From: Candidatus Hermodarchaeota archaeon
GTDB lineage: Archaea > Asgardarchaeota > Lokiarchaeia > Sigyniarchaeales > SOKP01
Length of the DNA stretch: 64,000 nt
Reading direction: 5' to 3'
Assembly (NCBI GenBank): GCA_048885525.1
Contig: JBHLLP010000006.1
Span: 32,001-96,000 of the forward strand
In this document: positions 45,740-56,038 of the stretch, one piece after another
Layout of the letters: each line of letters starts with the position of its first letter
Position numbering within the stretch: position 1 is the first letter of the stretch
Notes under the pieces: generated by a model
What the model was told of the DNA's origin: nothing
What the model saw: only the letters and a program-made list of their open reading frames with translations
The model's database searches: none
Made by a program: the position numbers and the translations under genes

Positions 45740-47011
45740 TTGATGAAGAAATTAAAATCTATACAAATAATCACTTTATTAACGCTTTTTTCAAGCGCCT
45801 TGTTTAGCATAATAACCCCAATGGCAGAGGAGATTTCTTTTGCTTTGAATTTTAATGAAAATCAAGTAACATTCATAAATTCAATGTTTTTAATGGTTGG
45901 TGCTGTTAGTTCTCTTATATGGGCAATTTTAGGAGATAAAACATCAAGAAAGATATTACTTATTATTTCAACCCTTGAATGGTCAGTTCTTCTCTTACTT
46001 ACAATATTCTCAACTAATTTTCTTTCTTTATTAACATTTCAATTAATTACAGCAATAGGATTTGGAGCGGCGCTACCATTAATTTTCTCATTAGCGGTTG
46101 ACTTAGTTGATCCAAAAAATCGAGGAAAAAAATTTGGAACTCTTTCTGCGGTTTACGTTTTAGGTAATGGATTAGGACAAGTCCTTTCTGGATTCTTAAT
46201 AGATTACTATACATGGCAAATACCACTTTTAATCATATCCATAGGTGGATTTATTTGTACGGGGTTGCTATTTTTAGTTGAAGAGCCTTTAAGAGGAAGT
46301 AAAGATGAGTTATATCAATCAATTGATGAAGGAGCTTTTGGATTAGGATATAAAATCAAGATAAATGATCTTAAGCAAATTTGGAAGATAAAGTCAACTC
46401 TATGGATATTATTTTTTAATTTTACCATGTTTATCTCTATAGGTGCTATAGCTTCATTTTTTATATCAATGATGAAAAATGATTTTGAACTAAGCTCAAC
46501 TTTAGCAACTTTAATTTTAATTTTAGTGTTTGGTTCTCAAGTTCCCGCAGGACCTCTCTTTGGTAAATGGGGCGATAAAAAATATGAGAGTGAAAAGAAA
46601 GGAAGGATGAAAGTTGTGCTAATATGTCTTTTATCTGGCTCAACTTTGTATATTATAGCTTATTTATTATTTTTTATATCGACAGAATTACCTATTATTT
46701 TTATATTTGTTATCCTTACAATAGGTGGTGCCTTTTTATTCGGTGGTATTGATCCTTTAACGCAGGCTACTCTTGGAATCAACCCTCCACAAATTAGGTC
46801 AACAATTTATTCAATCAATTACTTAACTTACACATTTGGACGTAGTATAAGTTTGCTTCTTCTTGGCCAATTTTTCATTAGCTTTAATAACTTTTATAGT
46901 CCTGGTTATTTGATTTTATCGATAATGGCTTTGATATGCTCATTAAGTCTTATTCCTATTTTAAAAATTTTACCACGAGATATTGAGAGTATTAAATCGA
47001 GTAAAGTCTAA
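45740..47011 (+). CDS. MFS transporter (12 TM)
   Basis: Motif A LGDKTSRK, DLVDPKNRG, EEPLRG, GKWGDK. Confidence 0.92.
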   Translation: MMKKLKSIQIITLLTLFSSALFSIITPMAEEISFALNFNENQVTFINSMFLMVGAVSSLIWAILGDKTSRKILLIISTLEWSVLLLLTIFSTNFLSLLTFQLITAIGFGAALPLIFSLAVDLVDPKNRGKKFGTLSAVYVLGNGLGQVLSGFLIDYYTWQIPLLIISIGGFICTGLLFLVEEPLRGSKDELYQSIDEGAFGLGYKIKINDLKQIWKIKSTLWILFFNFTMFISIGAIASFFISMMKNDFELSSTLATLILILVFGSQVPAGPLFGKWGDKKYESEKKGRMKVVLICLLSGSTLYIIAYLLFFISTELPIIFIFVILTIGGAFLFGGIDPLTQATLGINPPQIRSTIYSINYLTYTFGRSISLLLLGQFFISFNNFYSPGYLILSIMALICSLSLIPILKILPRDIESIKSSKV

Positions 47012-47045
47012 TTTTATCCATTATTTTTTATAACGATGATATATT

Positions 47046-47747
47046 ATGGAAATAAAAAATGATTTATGTATAGGGTGTGCGCAATGTGTAATTATTTGTC
47101 CAGTTCAAGCTATAAAATTAATAGATGATAAAGCATTTATTAATGAAGAACAATGTGTTGAATGTGCTGTTTGTTATCGAGATGCAGAGTGTCCTGTTAA
47201 CGCAATTAGATCGAGAAGATTAAAGTGGCCAAGAATAATTCGGAGTCCATTAAGCAATGTGATTGCACCTCATAAAATTACAGGAATTCCTGGAAGGGGT
47301 ACCGAAGAAATGAAAACGAACGATTTAACAAATCGTTATGAAATTGGGGAAGTTGGCATCTGTATTGAAATAGGTCGACCGGGAATTGGAACCTATCTAA
47401 GAAATATTGAGCTATTTACAATAGAATTAGCTAGATTAGGTGTAGAATTCGAACCTAAAAGTCCTGTGACAGCGATTATTATTGATGAAGAAGGAAATAT
47501 AAAAGATGATATAAAAAATGAAAAAGTTCTTTCCGCGTTCATAGAAATGAAGGTTTCAGAAAACAAATTAAATAAAATTTTAGACGTTATTAAAGAATTG
47601 GATAAAAAGATTGATACAGTCTTTTCAGTGGGTATAATTTCAAGAGTCAGAGAAAGTGGAGATATTTCAATCATAGATATTATTACTCAAAAGGGTTTCA
47701 ATGTTAGACCAAATGCGAAAATTAATATTGGTTTAGGAAAACCTTAA
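47046..47747 (+). CDS. 2x[4Fe-4S] ferredoxin-domain protein with uncharacterised C-terminal domain
   Basis: CIGCAQCVIICP, CVECAVCYRDAECP; GRGTEEMKTND and EIGRPG motifs. Confidence 0.85.
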   Translation: MEIKNDLCIGCAQCVIICPVQAIKLIDDKAFINEEQCVECAVCYRDAECPVNAIRSRRLKWPRIIRSPLSNVIAPHKITGIPGRGTEEMKTNDLTNRYEIGEVGICIEIGRPGIGTYLRNIELFTIELARLGVEFEPKSPVTAIIIDEEGNIKDDIKNEKVLSAFIEMKVSENKLNKILDVIKELDKKIDTVFSVGIISRVRESGDISIIDIITQKGFNVRPNAKINIGLGKP

Positions 47748-47766
47748 TATGGAGGTAGGTAAGAAT

Positions 47767-48360
47767 TTGACTCATTCTTTACATAGAAAAGGAACTCTTG
47801 AAGATTTACAAGGTGATTATATTATTTTAGCTATGCTGGCATCAGGTATAAACGATAAGTATCCAGATTCGCGTCAAAGATTATTAAGGGTTGGCGATAT
47901 TCTAAATGAATATAATCCCATAAATATTCAGTCTAAACTTACCTGGAGCATTTCTCCTGTTATAACAGCAACATATACTAATATAAAAACAGTAAAAAAA
48001 GTATTAAAGGCTATTAAAGAAGAAGATTTAGGTATTTCTATAGTAGTTAGTGGATTGATATCAGAAATCAAAAAAGTTGTAAAAGAAATCGAGTTAGATT
48101 TACATACAGTCCACCTTTCCTTAGGCGTTTTTGGCAAAAAAGATTTATTACCTCATGAGAATATATTAGAAATTACAACAATGTGTGGACATCATTGTAT
48201 TTCACCTCAATCTGTTGAGCATTATGTGCAATTGATTAAATATGGAAAAATCTCGGTAGAAAAAGCAGCAGTGAAATTAAGGAAACCATGTGTTTGTGGA
48301 TTATTCAATCTCTCTAGAGCAGAGCAAATACTTAATAGATTAGTTAAAGAGTATTCTTAA
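47767..48360 (+). CDS. Uncharacterised Cys/His protein, probable partner of upstream Fe-S protein
   Basis: TTG 47767 after GGAGGT gives MTHSLHRKG; TMCGHHC and CVCGLFN motifs. Confidence 0.75.
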   Translation: MTHSLHRKGTLEDLQGDYIILAMLASGINDKYPDSRQRLLRVGDILNEYNPINIQSKLTWSISPVITATYTNIKTVKKVLKAIKEEDLGISIVVSGLISEIKKVVKEIELDLHTVHLSLGVFGKKDLLPHENILEITTMCGHHCISPQSVEHYVQLIKYGKISVEKAAVKLRKPCVCGLFNLSRAEQILNRLVKEYS

Positions 48361-48445
48361 TTTTAAAAATAACTAAAGTATGGAACTTAAGATATAAATA
48401 CTCAACTGCTTTATTTTCAATTAGAAAAAAAGGAGTTCAGATTTT

Positions 48446-49084
48446 ATGAAGATTTCTATAATTGGAACTGGAAGATTAGGAAGTGCTTTAGGGAAAATAT
48501 GGGCAGAAAAAGGTCATACGATTATGTTTGGCTCTCAAGATCCTCAAAAAGCAAAAAAACTAGCTAATTCAATTGGATCCAATGCAATCGGTGGAACTTA
48601 TGAAGAAGCTTCAAAATATAGTGAAGTTATTATTCTAGCGGTTCCATGGTCAGGCGCAAAAGAATCAATCAAAAAAGCAGGAAATTTAGAGGGTAAGATT
48701 ATAGTAGATTCTACTACTACTGCTGCGCCCCATTTGGGAGGGCTCTCATTAGAACCTACTCCATCAGCAGCAGAAAAAGTCGCCAAATGGGCAGTAGGTG
48801 CAAAAGTAATAAAAGCTGTTCATACTATTGGTGTAGAAAGTTTGGATAAAACACTATTTGGATCCCAACAAGCAAGCTTATTTGTCTGTGGAGATAATCT
48901 AGATGCAAAATCAAAAGTAAAACAATTAGGAATCGATATTGGTTTTGATGTTATTGATGCTGGACCACTTAGAAATGCTAGACTTATCGAACCTCTAGCA
49001 AGGCTTTGGATTGAACTAGCTTATAATCAAGGGATGGGAACTGATATTTCTTTTAAATTATTAAGGCGTAGGAAGGCAAAATAA
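48446..49084 (+). CDS. NADPH-dependent F420 reductase-like (F420 oxidoreductase family)
   Basis: IIGTGRLG, ILAVPW, GKIIVD, SAAE, VIKA, CGD, DAGPLRNARLIEP. Confidence 0.88.
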   Translation: MKISIIGTGRLGSALGKIWAEKGHTIMFGSQDPQKAKKLANSIGSNAIGGTYEEASKYSEVIILAVPWSGAKESIKKAGNLEGKIIVDSTTTAAPHLGGLSLEPTPSAAEKVAKWAVGAKVIKAVHTIGVESLDKTLFGSQQASLFVCGDNLDAKSKVKQLGIDIGFDVIDAGPLRNARLIEPLARLWIELAYNQGMGTDISFKLLRRRKAK

Positions 49085-49250
49085 TTAATTTTATAATTTA
49101 TTTTTCTCTTTTCAATTTCAGTTGCTATTTTGTAAATATTGGTAAATTTAAGGAAGTTACAATATTAACTTTTAAAAAAAAATTAATTTAAAAATTATAA
49201 ATAATCATAGGTAGATTATATTTTAATAGATAATAATTTATGAATGAGTT

Positions 49251-50300
49251 ATGCGAGTTGCTAGATATTATAGTAATAATGATATAAGGATTGATGATAT
49301 ACAAAAACCAATAATCGGTCCTGGAGAATTTCTGGTTAAAGTCAAAAAGTCGGGAATATGCGGATCTGATATATTAGAATATTATAGAAAAGCAAAAATG
49401 AAAAAACTGGGAGTAAGGTCTTTAATTTTAGGTCATGAGATCGCTGGAGATGTGGTAGAAATAAGTAAGACTATACCAAATCTTAAAATAGGGGATCGCG
49501 TATTTGTTTCTCATCATGTGCCGTGTTTTGAATGTCACTATTGTAAGCAAGGGCATCATACGGCATGTAATCTACTCCATAATACGAATTTTGACCCTGG
49601 AGGGTTCGCTGAATATGTTAGAGTCCCAAAAATAAATGTAGAAAAAAAAGGTGTTTACGTTTTAGACAAAAACGTTTTATATGAGGAAGCAGTTTTCATT
49701 GAGCCTTTAGGTTGTGTTTGTCGAGCACAACGTTTAGCAAATGTTAAAAAAGGATTAAGTGTCTTGATTTTAGGTTGTGGTGCATCTGGATTATTACATA
49801 TACAATTAGCAAAACTTAGAGGAGCTAAAAATGTTATCGCAACTGATATTAATGAATTTCGTTTACAAAAAGCGAAAGAATTTGGAGCTGATGTAGTTTT
49901 TCATGCAAATGAAGATTTACCAGAAGAAATGAAAAAGATCAATAAAAATAGATTAGCTGATATTGTGATAGTTTGTACTGGAGCAGTATCAGCAGCAAAT
50001 CAAGCTTTAGAATGTGCAGCTCCAGGAAGTAAAATCATTTTTTTTGCAGTCCCAGAACCATGGGTTTACCTTAATGTTCCAATAAATAACTATTGGAGAA
50101 ACGAGATTACTATTATGACTTCTTATGGGGCCGCTCCTGAAGATCTTGATGAAGCATATAATTGGATCCTTTCTAAGAGAATTAATGTTGTAGATTTGAT
50201 TACTCACAGATTCCCGCTCAGTAAAGCTGGTGAAGCATTTAAAACAGTATGTGAAGCTGGTGAATCTATCAAAATAATTTTAGAACCAGAAGAAGAATGA
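49251..50300 (+). CDS. Zn-dependent alcohol/polyol dehydrogenase (MDR)
   Basis: GICGSD, GHE, CFECHYC...C, GCGASG. Confidence 0.93.
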   Translation: MRVARYYSNNDIRIDDIQKPIIGPGEFLVKVKKSGICGSDILEYYRKAKMKKLGVRSLILGHEIAGDVVEISKTIPNLKIGDRVFVSHHVPCFECHYCKQGHHTACNLLHNTNFDPGGFAEYVRVPKINVEKKGVYVLDKNVLYEEAVFIEPLGCVCRAQRLANVKKGLSVLILGCGASGLLHIQLAKLRGAKNVIATDINEFRLQKAKEFGADVVFHANEDLPEEMKKINKNRLADIVIVCTGAVSAANQALECAAPGSKIIFFAVPEPWVYLNVPINNYWRNEITIMTSYGAAPEDLDEAYNWILSKRINVVDLITHRFPLSKAGEAFKTVCEAGESIKIILEPEEE

Positions 50301-50309
50301 ATGAAAATT

Positions 50310-51275
50310 CTATTTATTGAAATACTTACTTCTCTGGATATGCTTCCGAATTATCCAAGATTCCCAAAATGTATATATTTCTAGTAAAAAATCTTTTAAT
50401 TTCTTTTTTGGGAAAAATAAATCCATTTTAAGTAATTTTCTGACTGCTTCATCTTCAGATTTTTTCATTGAATTTGATGTTTTTAAAGCTTGATCGACAT
50501 GGTTTTGATTATTCTCAATCTTAGTTCTCATATATTCAAACGGATGAGTATCCGGGTTTTTAACTATATATGAATGACTTGAAGTTAAATATCGAGCATC
50601 ATTCAAAAAAATAGACTCTGCTCGATTAATATCTTCAAGATATTGTTGAATTGAAGCCTGTTTGAACCCATACCAAGGGCCAAAACCATCAATTTCTGGT
50701 TTTGGCTTATCAAATCCTAAGCAACTAATATGAAATACTTTTTCTTTAGGTAAGAAAAAACCAATATGTGCTTTTGAGTGTCCTGGAAATGAGATGGTAT
50801 TCATACGTAAGTTTTCAAAATTTAGTGATTCGCCTGGTTCGAAAGATTTTACTTGTTTGCAATTCTGAAATCCATTTAATTCACCAAATTTTACAACAGT
50901 AGAATAATCCATTACTTCGTCAAAACCAAACCCTCTATAAAAATTATGAAGATCTATTAAATATTTTGCTTCAGGACTTGGAGCGTGGATGATAGTTCCA
51001 CTTTGCTCCCAAGCATATATGTGACAAGTGTGATCTACATGTGCGTGAGTACACACATAATTTGAGACCGGTCCGTATATATTATTTATAGCTTTAATAT
51101 ATTTAGGTTCAATATTTAAATCCAGTGCTAATGTAGAATTATTTCTACCTTCTTTAGGTAAAATTAGAAGCCCATCACAGCAAGAAAATAAGAAGGGTGT
51201 TTTTTTTTGATGGATTAATAAAATATCCTCTGTTACTTTCCTTATATCAATGTTACCTATTTTTGGAAGAAACAT
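50310..51275 (-). CDS. Metallo-beta-lactamase-fold hydrolase
   Basis: THAHVDH, PGHSKAH, SSH. Confidence 0.85.
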   Translation of the reverse strand: MFLPKIGNIDIRKVTEDILLIHQKKTPFLFSCCDGLLILPKEGRNNSTLALDLNIEPKYIKAINNIYGPVSNYVCTHAHVDHTCHIYAWEQSGTIIHAPSPEAKYLIDLHNFYRGFGFDEVMDYSTVVKFGELNGFQNCKQVKSFEPGESLNFENLRMNTISFPGHSKAHIGFFLPKEKVFHISCLGFDKPKPEIDGFGPWYGFKQASIQQYLEDINRAESIFLNDARYLTSSHSYIVKNPDTHPFEYMRTKIENNQNHVDQALKTSNSMKKSEDEAVRKLLKMDLFFPKKKLKDFLLEIYTFWESWIIRKHIQRSKYFNK

Positions 51276-51444
51276 CGAATTGAATAATAATATATTAATC
51301 CAATTGCAATTAAAAATAAATCAAAATTTAATAAATTGAGCTTATTAAAAGCAAAGTTTAAATTATTACATCCTGGTTTCTAAGGGTCTTTAAAGGCAAA
51401 AATTAAAAAAAAAAAGTTGATTAAATCTATAATTTACCTGTCTT

Positions 51445-51849
51445 CTAAAACAATGGTTTTATTTTATCTTCCTGCTGTAGAAAAGTTAGTAGAAATAGGG
51501 CTAGCATAATTATACAAATTATAAGCGATAGTAAAAACATAGTTAGGGTATAAACAGGGTAATTAATGATCGTAGTTATTAAGCAAGCAACTAGCCATAC
51601 AATCTCAAGAATTACCACAATTCTAACTTGTTTCCATTCTTTCGCCAAAAAGCCAAATAGAGAACTCACTGTAAGTGCAGCAAATAGAGATGCAATGGTC
51701 AAAGTCAGGGCATGAGTTTCTACAGAGGGATTAATCAAGGCTATAGGACCAGTAATATCCGGCATAAAAAATAGGATTGTAAATATAAGCGCCACTACGA
51801 AATGGATTATAAAAGTTAATTTCGTAAATTTTAAAATTTCTTCAGCCAT
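51445..51849 (-). CDS. Four-TM membrane protein, unknown function
   Basis: Four hydrophobic segments. Confidence 0.78.
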   Translation of the reverse strand: MAEEILKFTKLTFIIHFVVALIFTILFFMPDITGPIALINPSVETHALTLTIASLFAALTVSSLFGFLAKEWKQVRIVVILEIVWLVACLITTIINYPVYTLTMFLLSLIICIIMLALFLLTFLQQEDKIKPLF

Positions 51850-51969
51850 TTTTTAAATCACACTTTGACAGAATTCTTTTTATTAAATGATTTTGCATAT
51901 ATATTTTCCCTACCATATAAATTTAGAAATCTTAAAATATGAAAAATAATAAGAAATAGAAAAAAAGAA

Positions 51970-52764
51970 TTACAATCCCTTAGGACCTTGCTTATATATT
52001 TCATACGCTTCATCTACGGAAGCATTTTCATGAACAATAGCCCTTACGGCTTGAATCATGCCCAATGGGCTATCACTCTGAAAGATATTTCTTCCCATAT
52101 CTACTCCTACTGCCCCGCTCTCAACAGCATTCTTACTCATTTGTAATGCGTCTCTCTCCTCAATTTTTTTCCCTCCTGCGATTACAATTGGTGCCGGACA
52201 TATACTTGTTACTTCTTTAAAGTTCTCACAATAATATGTTTTTACGAAGGTGGCACCTAATTCCGCAGCCATTCTACTTGCCATCCCTAGATATCGTGCA
52301 TCTCTTACCATATCTCTTCCAACAGCAGTGACTGCCAATGTAGGAATACCATATTCTTGACCCCAATTAACTAATTTTGAAAGATTCATTAAAGTTTGCT
52401 TTTCATATTCCCCACCTACAAAAATTGAACAAGTAACGGCTGATACATTTAATCTTATCGCATCATCAATTGCAACATTTATTTCTTCATTAGAGAGTTC
52501 CTTTAACATTGATGCACCTGCTGATACTCTTAAAACAATAGGTACATCAATTTCAGAAGGAACACAATTTCTCAGCATCCCTCTTGTCAACATGAGAGCA
52601 TCAGCATATTCAAATAAGGGTTTCATATCAGTAAAACATTTTAATTGACCAGGAACATTTCCAAAATATCCATGATCAATTGCTAACATAACACAACGCC
52701 CACTTTTAGGCTTAATTATTCTGTTAAAGCGGTTCTGAAACCCCCAATCACCAACTACTACCAC
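51970..52764 (-). CDS. lsrF: LsrF-type class I aldolase/thiolase (DhnA family)
   Basis: DWGFQNRFNRII, MLAIDHGYF, RDARY, AELGATFVKTYY, IAGG, GVDMGRNIFQ. Confidence 0.88.
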   Translation of the reverse strand: MVVVGDWGFQNRFNRIIKPKSGRCVMLAIDHGYFGNVPGQLKCFTDMKPLFEYADALMLTRGMLRNCVPSEIDVPIVLRVSAGASMLKELSNEEINVAIDDAIRLNVSAVTCSIFVGGEYEKQTLMNLSKLVNWGQEYGIPTLAVTAVGRDMVRDARYLGMASRMAAELGATFVKTYYCENFKEVTSICPAPIVIAGGKKIEERDALQMSKNAVESGAVGVDMGRNIFQSDSPLGMIQAVRAIVHENASVDEAYEIYKQGPKGL

Positions 52765-52881
52765 TTTTCATTCCCTTTTTAATATTTTGAATATAAATTT
52801 ACACTATTTTTTTAAATAAATTAATGATCACTATTTTTACTTTTTCGAAATAACACAAGTAAGGAAAGTTAATCAGAAAAA

Positions 52882-53730
52882 TTAAATGACACTTAAGAAT
52901 TCTCCAACTCTATTTTTAATTTTTAATACAATTTTTTTTGAGATATTTCGCCTAATAAACTCTTTAATCAAGTTCAAGCGATAATTACTAATTTTTTTTA
53001 TACTAAAGGCTTTTGAAATTTTATCTATTAAATCATCTTCATAAATTTGATCAACTCCTTCGAGAATTGATATAGTATAATGCACTTCACTTATTAGTTT
53101 AGATATATCTTGTTGCAGGAGTTTCAATTGCTCTTCTTCATCAATGATTTCTAAGGCTCTCTTTATGATTTGTTCCTCGAATTTTAATTTCATTGTCCAT
53201 GGAGTCTGAAAAATATGTTGAGATGTATCTAATATTAGTGCATTTTTATCCTTAATCTTAATTTTATTTATATCAGGATCTTCAATAATATGGATTGTTT
53301 TGCTTCCCCTATATGTCTCTGGTAATATATTATCTCCGATTGAATTTAGTAGATGTTCAGTATATTCGAAATTATCATCTTTTATAATATAAGAAGGATA
53401 ATTAAATATTTTTCCATGAATGAGACTAAAAATTCCGTAGATACCAAAAATGTTAATTAAGTTTCTGAGATTTACCCTTCCAGCACTCTTCCTATCAACT
53501 TCAGGAGAAACCGTACTCATCAGAATATCAATCTTCTCATAACCCCTTATAATTCCTTTTGCATCTACAAAGACAATAAATTGGTGTTCACGGCATACCG
53601 CATTAATTGGAATTTGAATTTTAATAGTACCAAATTTTTTTTGTAAGAAAACTGCCTCAGGAATATTAATATTTTTCTCTTTTCCACAGCTTGGACATGT
53701 AATAGCAAGTACTTTAAATGATTCAGCCAT
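52882..53730 (-). CDS. Hypothetical protein with N-terminal CxxC...CxxH Zn-binding domain
   Basis: CPSCG...VCREHQFIVFVDAKGIIRGYEKID; paralogous N-domain to 24232..24771. Confidence 0.75.
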   Translation of the reverse strand: MAESFKVLAITCPSCGKEKNINIPEAVFLQKKFGTIKIQIPINAVCREHQFIVFVDAKGIIRGYEKIDILMSTVSPEVDRKSAGRVNLRNLINIFGIYGIFSLIHGKIFNYPSYIIKDDNFEYTEHLLNSIGDNILPETYRGSKTIHIIEDPDINKIKIKDKNALILDTSQHIFQTPWTMKLKFEEQIIKRALEIIDEEEQLKLLQQDISKLISEVHYTISILEGVDQIYEDDLIDKISKAFSIKKISNYRLNLIKEFIRRNISKKIVLKIKNRVGEFLSVI

Positions 53731-53850
53731 ATTGCTTTCTGAAAAATTAATGTTTCTATTATTAATAAATAGATAAACTCTACATAAAAAATTTAATGAA
53801 ATTATTTAAATTTAAAATTTAATATCTATAAATGAAATCCTTTGAATTTA

Positions 53851-54573
53851 CTAATAGGATTTAGTTTCTAGGAGTTTTTGAAATTGTTTTTTCCAAATTT
53901 GATAATCTATCACATAGTTAAAACCACAAACAGTATCAAATTCTCCTCTTTCGATAATTTTATTCAATTTTTTTGCTCCTTCTATAGTTGGTTGTATCGA
54001 ACTATAAGGATTTAAAAGAAAATCTTGACCAGATTGGATTATGTAATCACAAATAAAAAGAACCTTTTCAAAAATATAAAAAGTAAATCCTGATGTGTGA
54101 CCATCAATATGATATGCTTCTATACCAGAGATCTTAAAATTCTGAGTAAACTTTTTATCAAAAGGATATAGCTTAGAAAGTGAGTGTTCAGAATCATTCT
54201 TATGAATCCATACAAATGCAGTATAATATCCTCTATAAAGATTTGATGCTCCAAGGAAATGTTGGTGTGTGAACAATATTTTATCCATCGGTTCTAAATC
54301 TTTAGAGAAGGTAGAAGGGCAATCAATCCAAATTATTTTATTATCTACTTCAATACTATAAGCAGAATGTTCAAGCCCTAAAGATGGATATGAATTTAAG
54401 CAGAATACTTTATCATTAACTCTTGAATACACAATTTTAAACTTTTGTGAACACTCTTCAGCAGTTATAAAATTTTCACGAGAGGCACCACAGAAAGGAC
54501 AAAATTGATAATAGTGCCCTATCATATTATAACCACATTTTTTACAAACATATTGCCCTTCTAGGGGTGTCAT
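53851..54573 (-). CDS. Rubredoxin-like domain fused to degenerate MBL-fold domain
   Basis: YVCKKCGY...CPFCGASRENF; FTHQHFLG, DGHTSG, FICD. Confidence 0.78.
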   Translation of the reverse strand: MTPLEGQYVCKKCGYNMIGHYYQFCPFCGASRENFITAEECSQKFKIVYSRVNDKVFCLNSYPSLGLEHSAYSIEVDNKIIWIDCPSTFSKDLEPMDKILFTHQHFLGASNLYRGYYTAFVWIHKNDSEHSLSKLYPFDKKFTQNFKISGIEAYHIDGHTSGFTFYIFEKVLFICDYIIQSGQDFLLNPYSSIQPTIEGAKKLNKIIERGEFDTVCGFNYVIDYQIWKKQFQKLLETKSY

Positions 54574-54678
54574 TTCAGTTTATTTCTCAGAGACTATTTA
54601 ATTATTAATAAACCTTCTTTTGGATTATTTCTTATTGAATATATTATAATTTTTTGTATATATTAAATTGGTAAAATT

Positions 54679-55965
54679 ATGAATATTAACGTTTCTGAAG
54701 AAGATTCGAATTATATGTATGACTTTGTGAAAAGAATCATTGATGAAATTGGACCAAGAATGTCATGTAGTTCACAAGAAGCAGAAGCAGCTGAATTTAT
54801 TAAGCATGAGCTTGAAAAATCGTGCGATGAGGTTTTGGTTGAGAGTTTTAGTTGTCATCCAAAGGCATTTTTAGGTTGGATTAAAATAGATATGATTATG
54901 ATTGTAATATCTATCCTCCTTTATTTTATAAGTCAGATATTTACTGAGCAATTATGGTTATTTGTTATAGCTGTAATATCCTTTCTTTTTGTATTATTAC
55001 CGTTTTTAATTATGTGGGAAGAATTTTTTAATTATAGAGAGTTTATTGATCCATTATTTCGTAAAAAAACCTCACAGAATGTAATTGGTAAATTCAAGTC
55101 AGAAGGAGAGCTAGACAGAATTATTACTTTTTCAAGTCATATGGATACCGCCATTGAATTTAAATTGATGAAAATTTTAGGATGGAAATTTATACCCATA
55201 GCATTCGGAGTAATTTTTCTTATACTATTCTGGTTGATTCTTTCAATTTTACATTTAGCCTTTATTTTAATTGGATTTATTAACTTGAAAGCAATCTTTC
55301 TCAATATTATGATTTGGACTCTTATTATTGGAAGTCCTTTTATTATCCTCCTATACTTCTTTGTACCGCTAGGAGACAAGGGGAATGTAGTACCGGGTGC
55401 AGCAGATAATTTAAGTAGTTGTTCAGTTATTCTAGGACTGGGAAGATATCTAAAAAGAAATAGAGAGGTTATCCCACCTAATACTGAGATAAGATTGATT
55501 AGTTTTGGATGTGAAGAAGTTGGCTTAAGAGGGTCATATCGGTATGTAGAAGCTCATTATGAAGAATTAAAAAAATATAATACTCTTATTGTAAATATGG
55601 ATGGACTTGAGAAACCCGATCATATTTATATAATAGAATTCGAACCAACTACAAGAACTTGGCACTCTAAAGAAGTTATTCAAAAATTATCAAGAGCAGC
55701 AGAAATGGTAAATGTTAAAGCAAAAAAGATGGGATCAAGAAGATTAGAGAAAGCATTAGGGCGTCTTACCGGTGGTTCAGATGCAGCAGCTTTTTCAAAA
55801 GCAGGTATTAAGGCAGGATTTATAAATGCAGCAGATTGGAAAAATCGTTCTAGTTATTATCATCAATCTGGAGATACACTTGATAAGATTGAAAAAGGAA
55901 CTTTAGAAAGTGTATTAAAAATCTGTATAGCATTCTTAATAAATGAATCAAATGTTCAAGAATAA
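54679..55965 (+). CDS. Membrane-embedded M28 metallopeptidase (paralog 1)
   Basis: SSHMDT, GAADNLS, GCEEVGLRGS, NMDG, GSDA, YYH; two TM hairpin inserts. Confidence 0.9.
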   Translation: MNINVSEEDSNYMYDFVKRIIDEIGPRMSCSSQEAEAAEFIKHELEKSCDEVLVESFSCHPKAFLGWIKIDMIMIVISILLYFISQIFTEQLWLFVIAVISFLFVLLPFLIMWEEFFNYREFIDPLFRKKTSQNVIGKFKSEGELDRIITFSSHMDTAIEFKLMKILGWKFIPIAFGVIFLILFWLILSILHLAFILIGFINLKAIFLNIMIWTLIIGSPFIILLYFFVPLGDKGNVVPGAADNLSSCSVILGLGRYLKRNREVIPPNTEIRLISFGCEEVGLRGSYRYVEAHYEELKKYNTLIVNMDGLEKPDHIYIIEFEPTTRTWHSKEVIQKLSRAAEMVNVKAKKMGSRRLEKALGRLTGGSDAAAFSKAGIKAGFINAADWKNRSSYYHQSGDTLDKIEKGTLESVLKICIAFLINESNVQE

Positions 55966-56038
55966 GTTTTTATAATTTACTTTTTTTTACTTTTTAATTT
56001 TCAAATAAAATAATACTCTGATTAGGAGGGGATTTTTA

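Noticed and set aside
21107-50300. Selenocysteine read-through in Fe-S/redox genes ending in TGA
   Set aside because: Proteins are complete at their TGA stops, the Cys motifs are all Cys-encoded, and no convincing SECIS was seen
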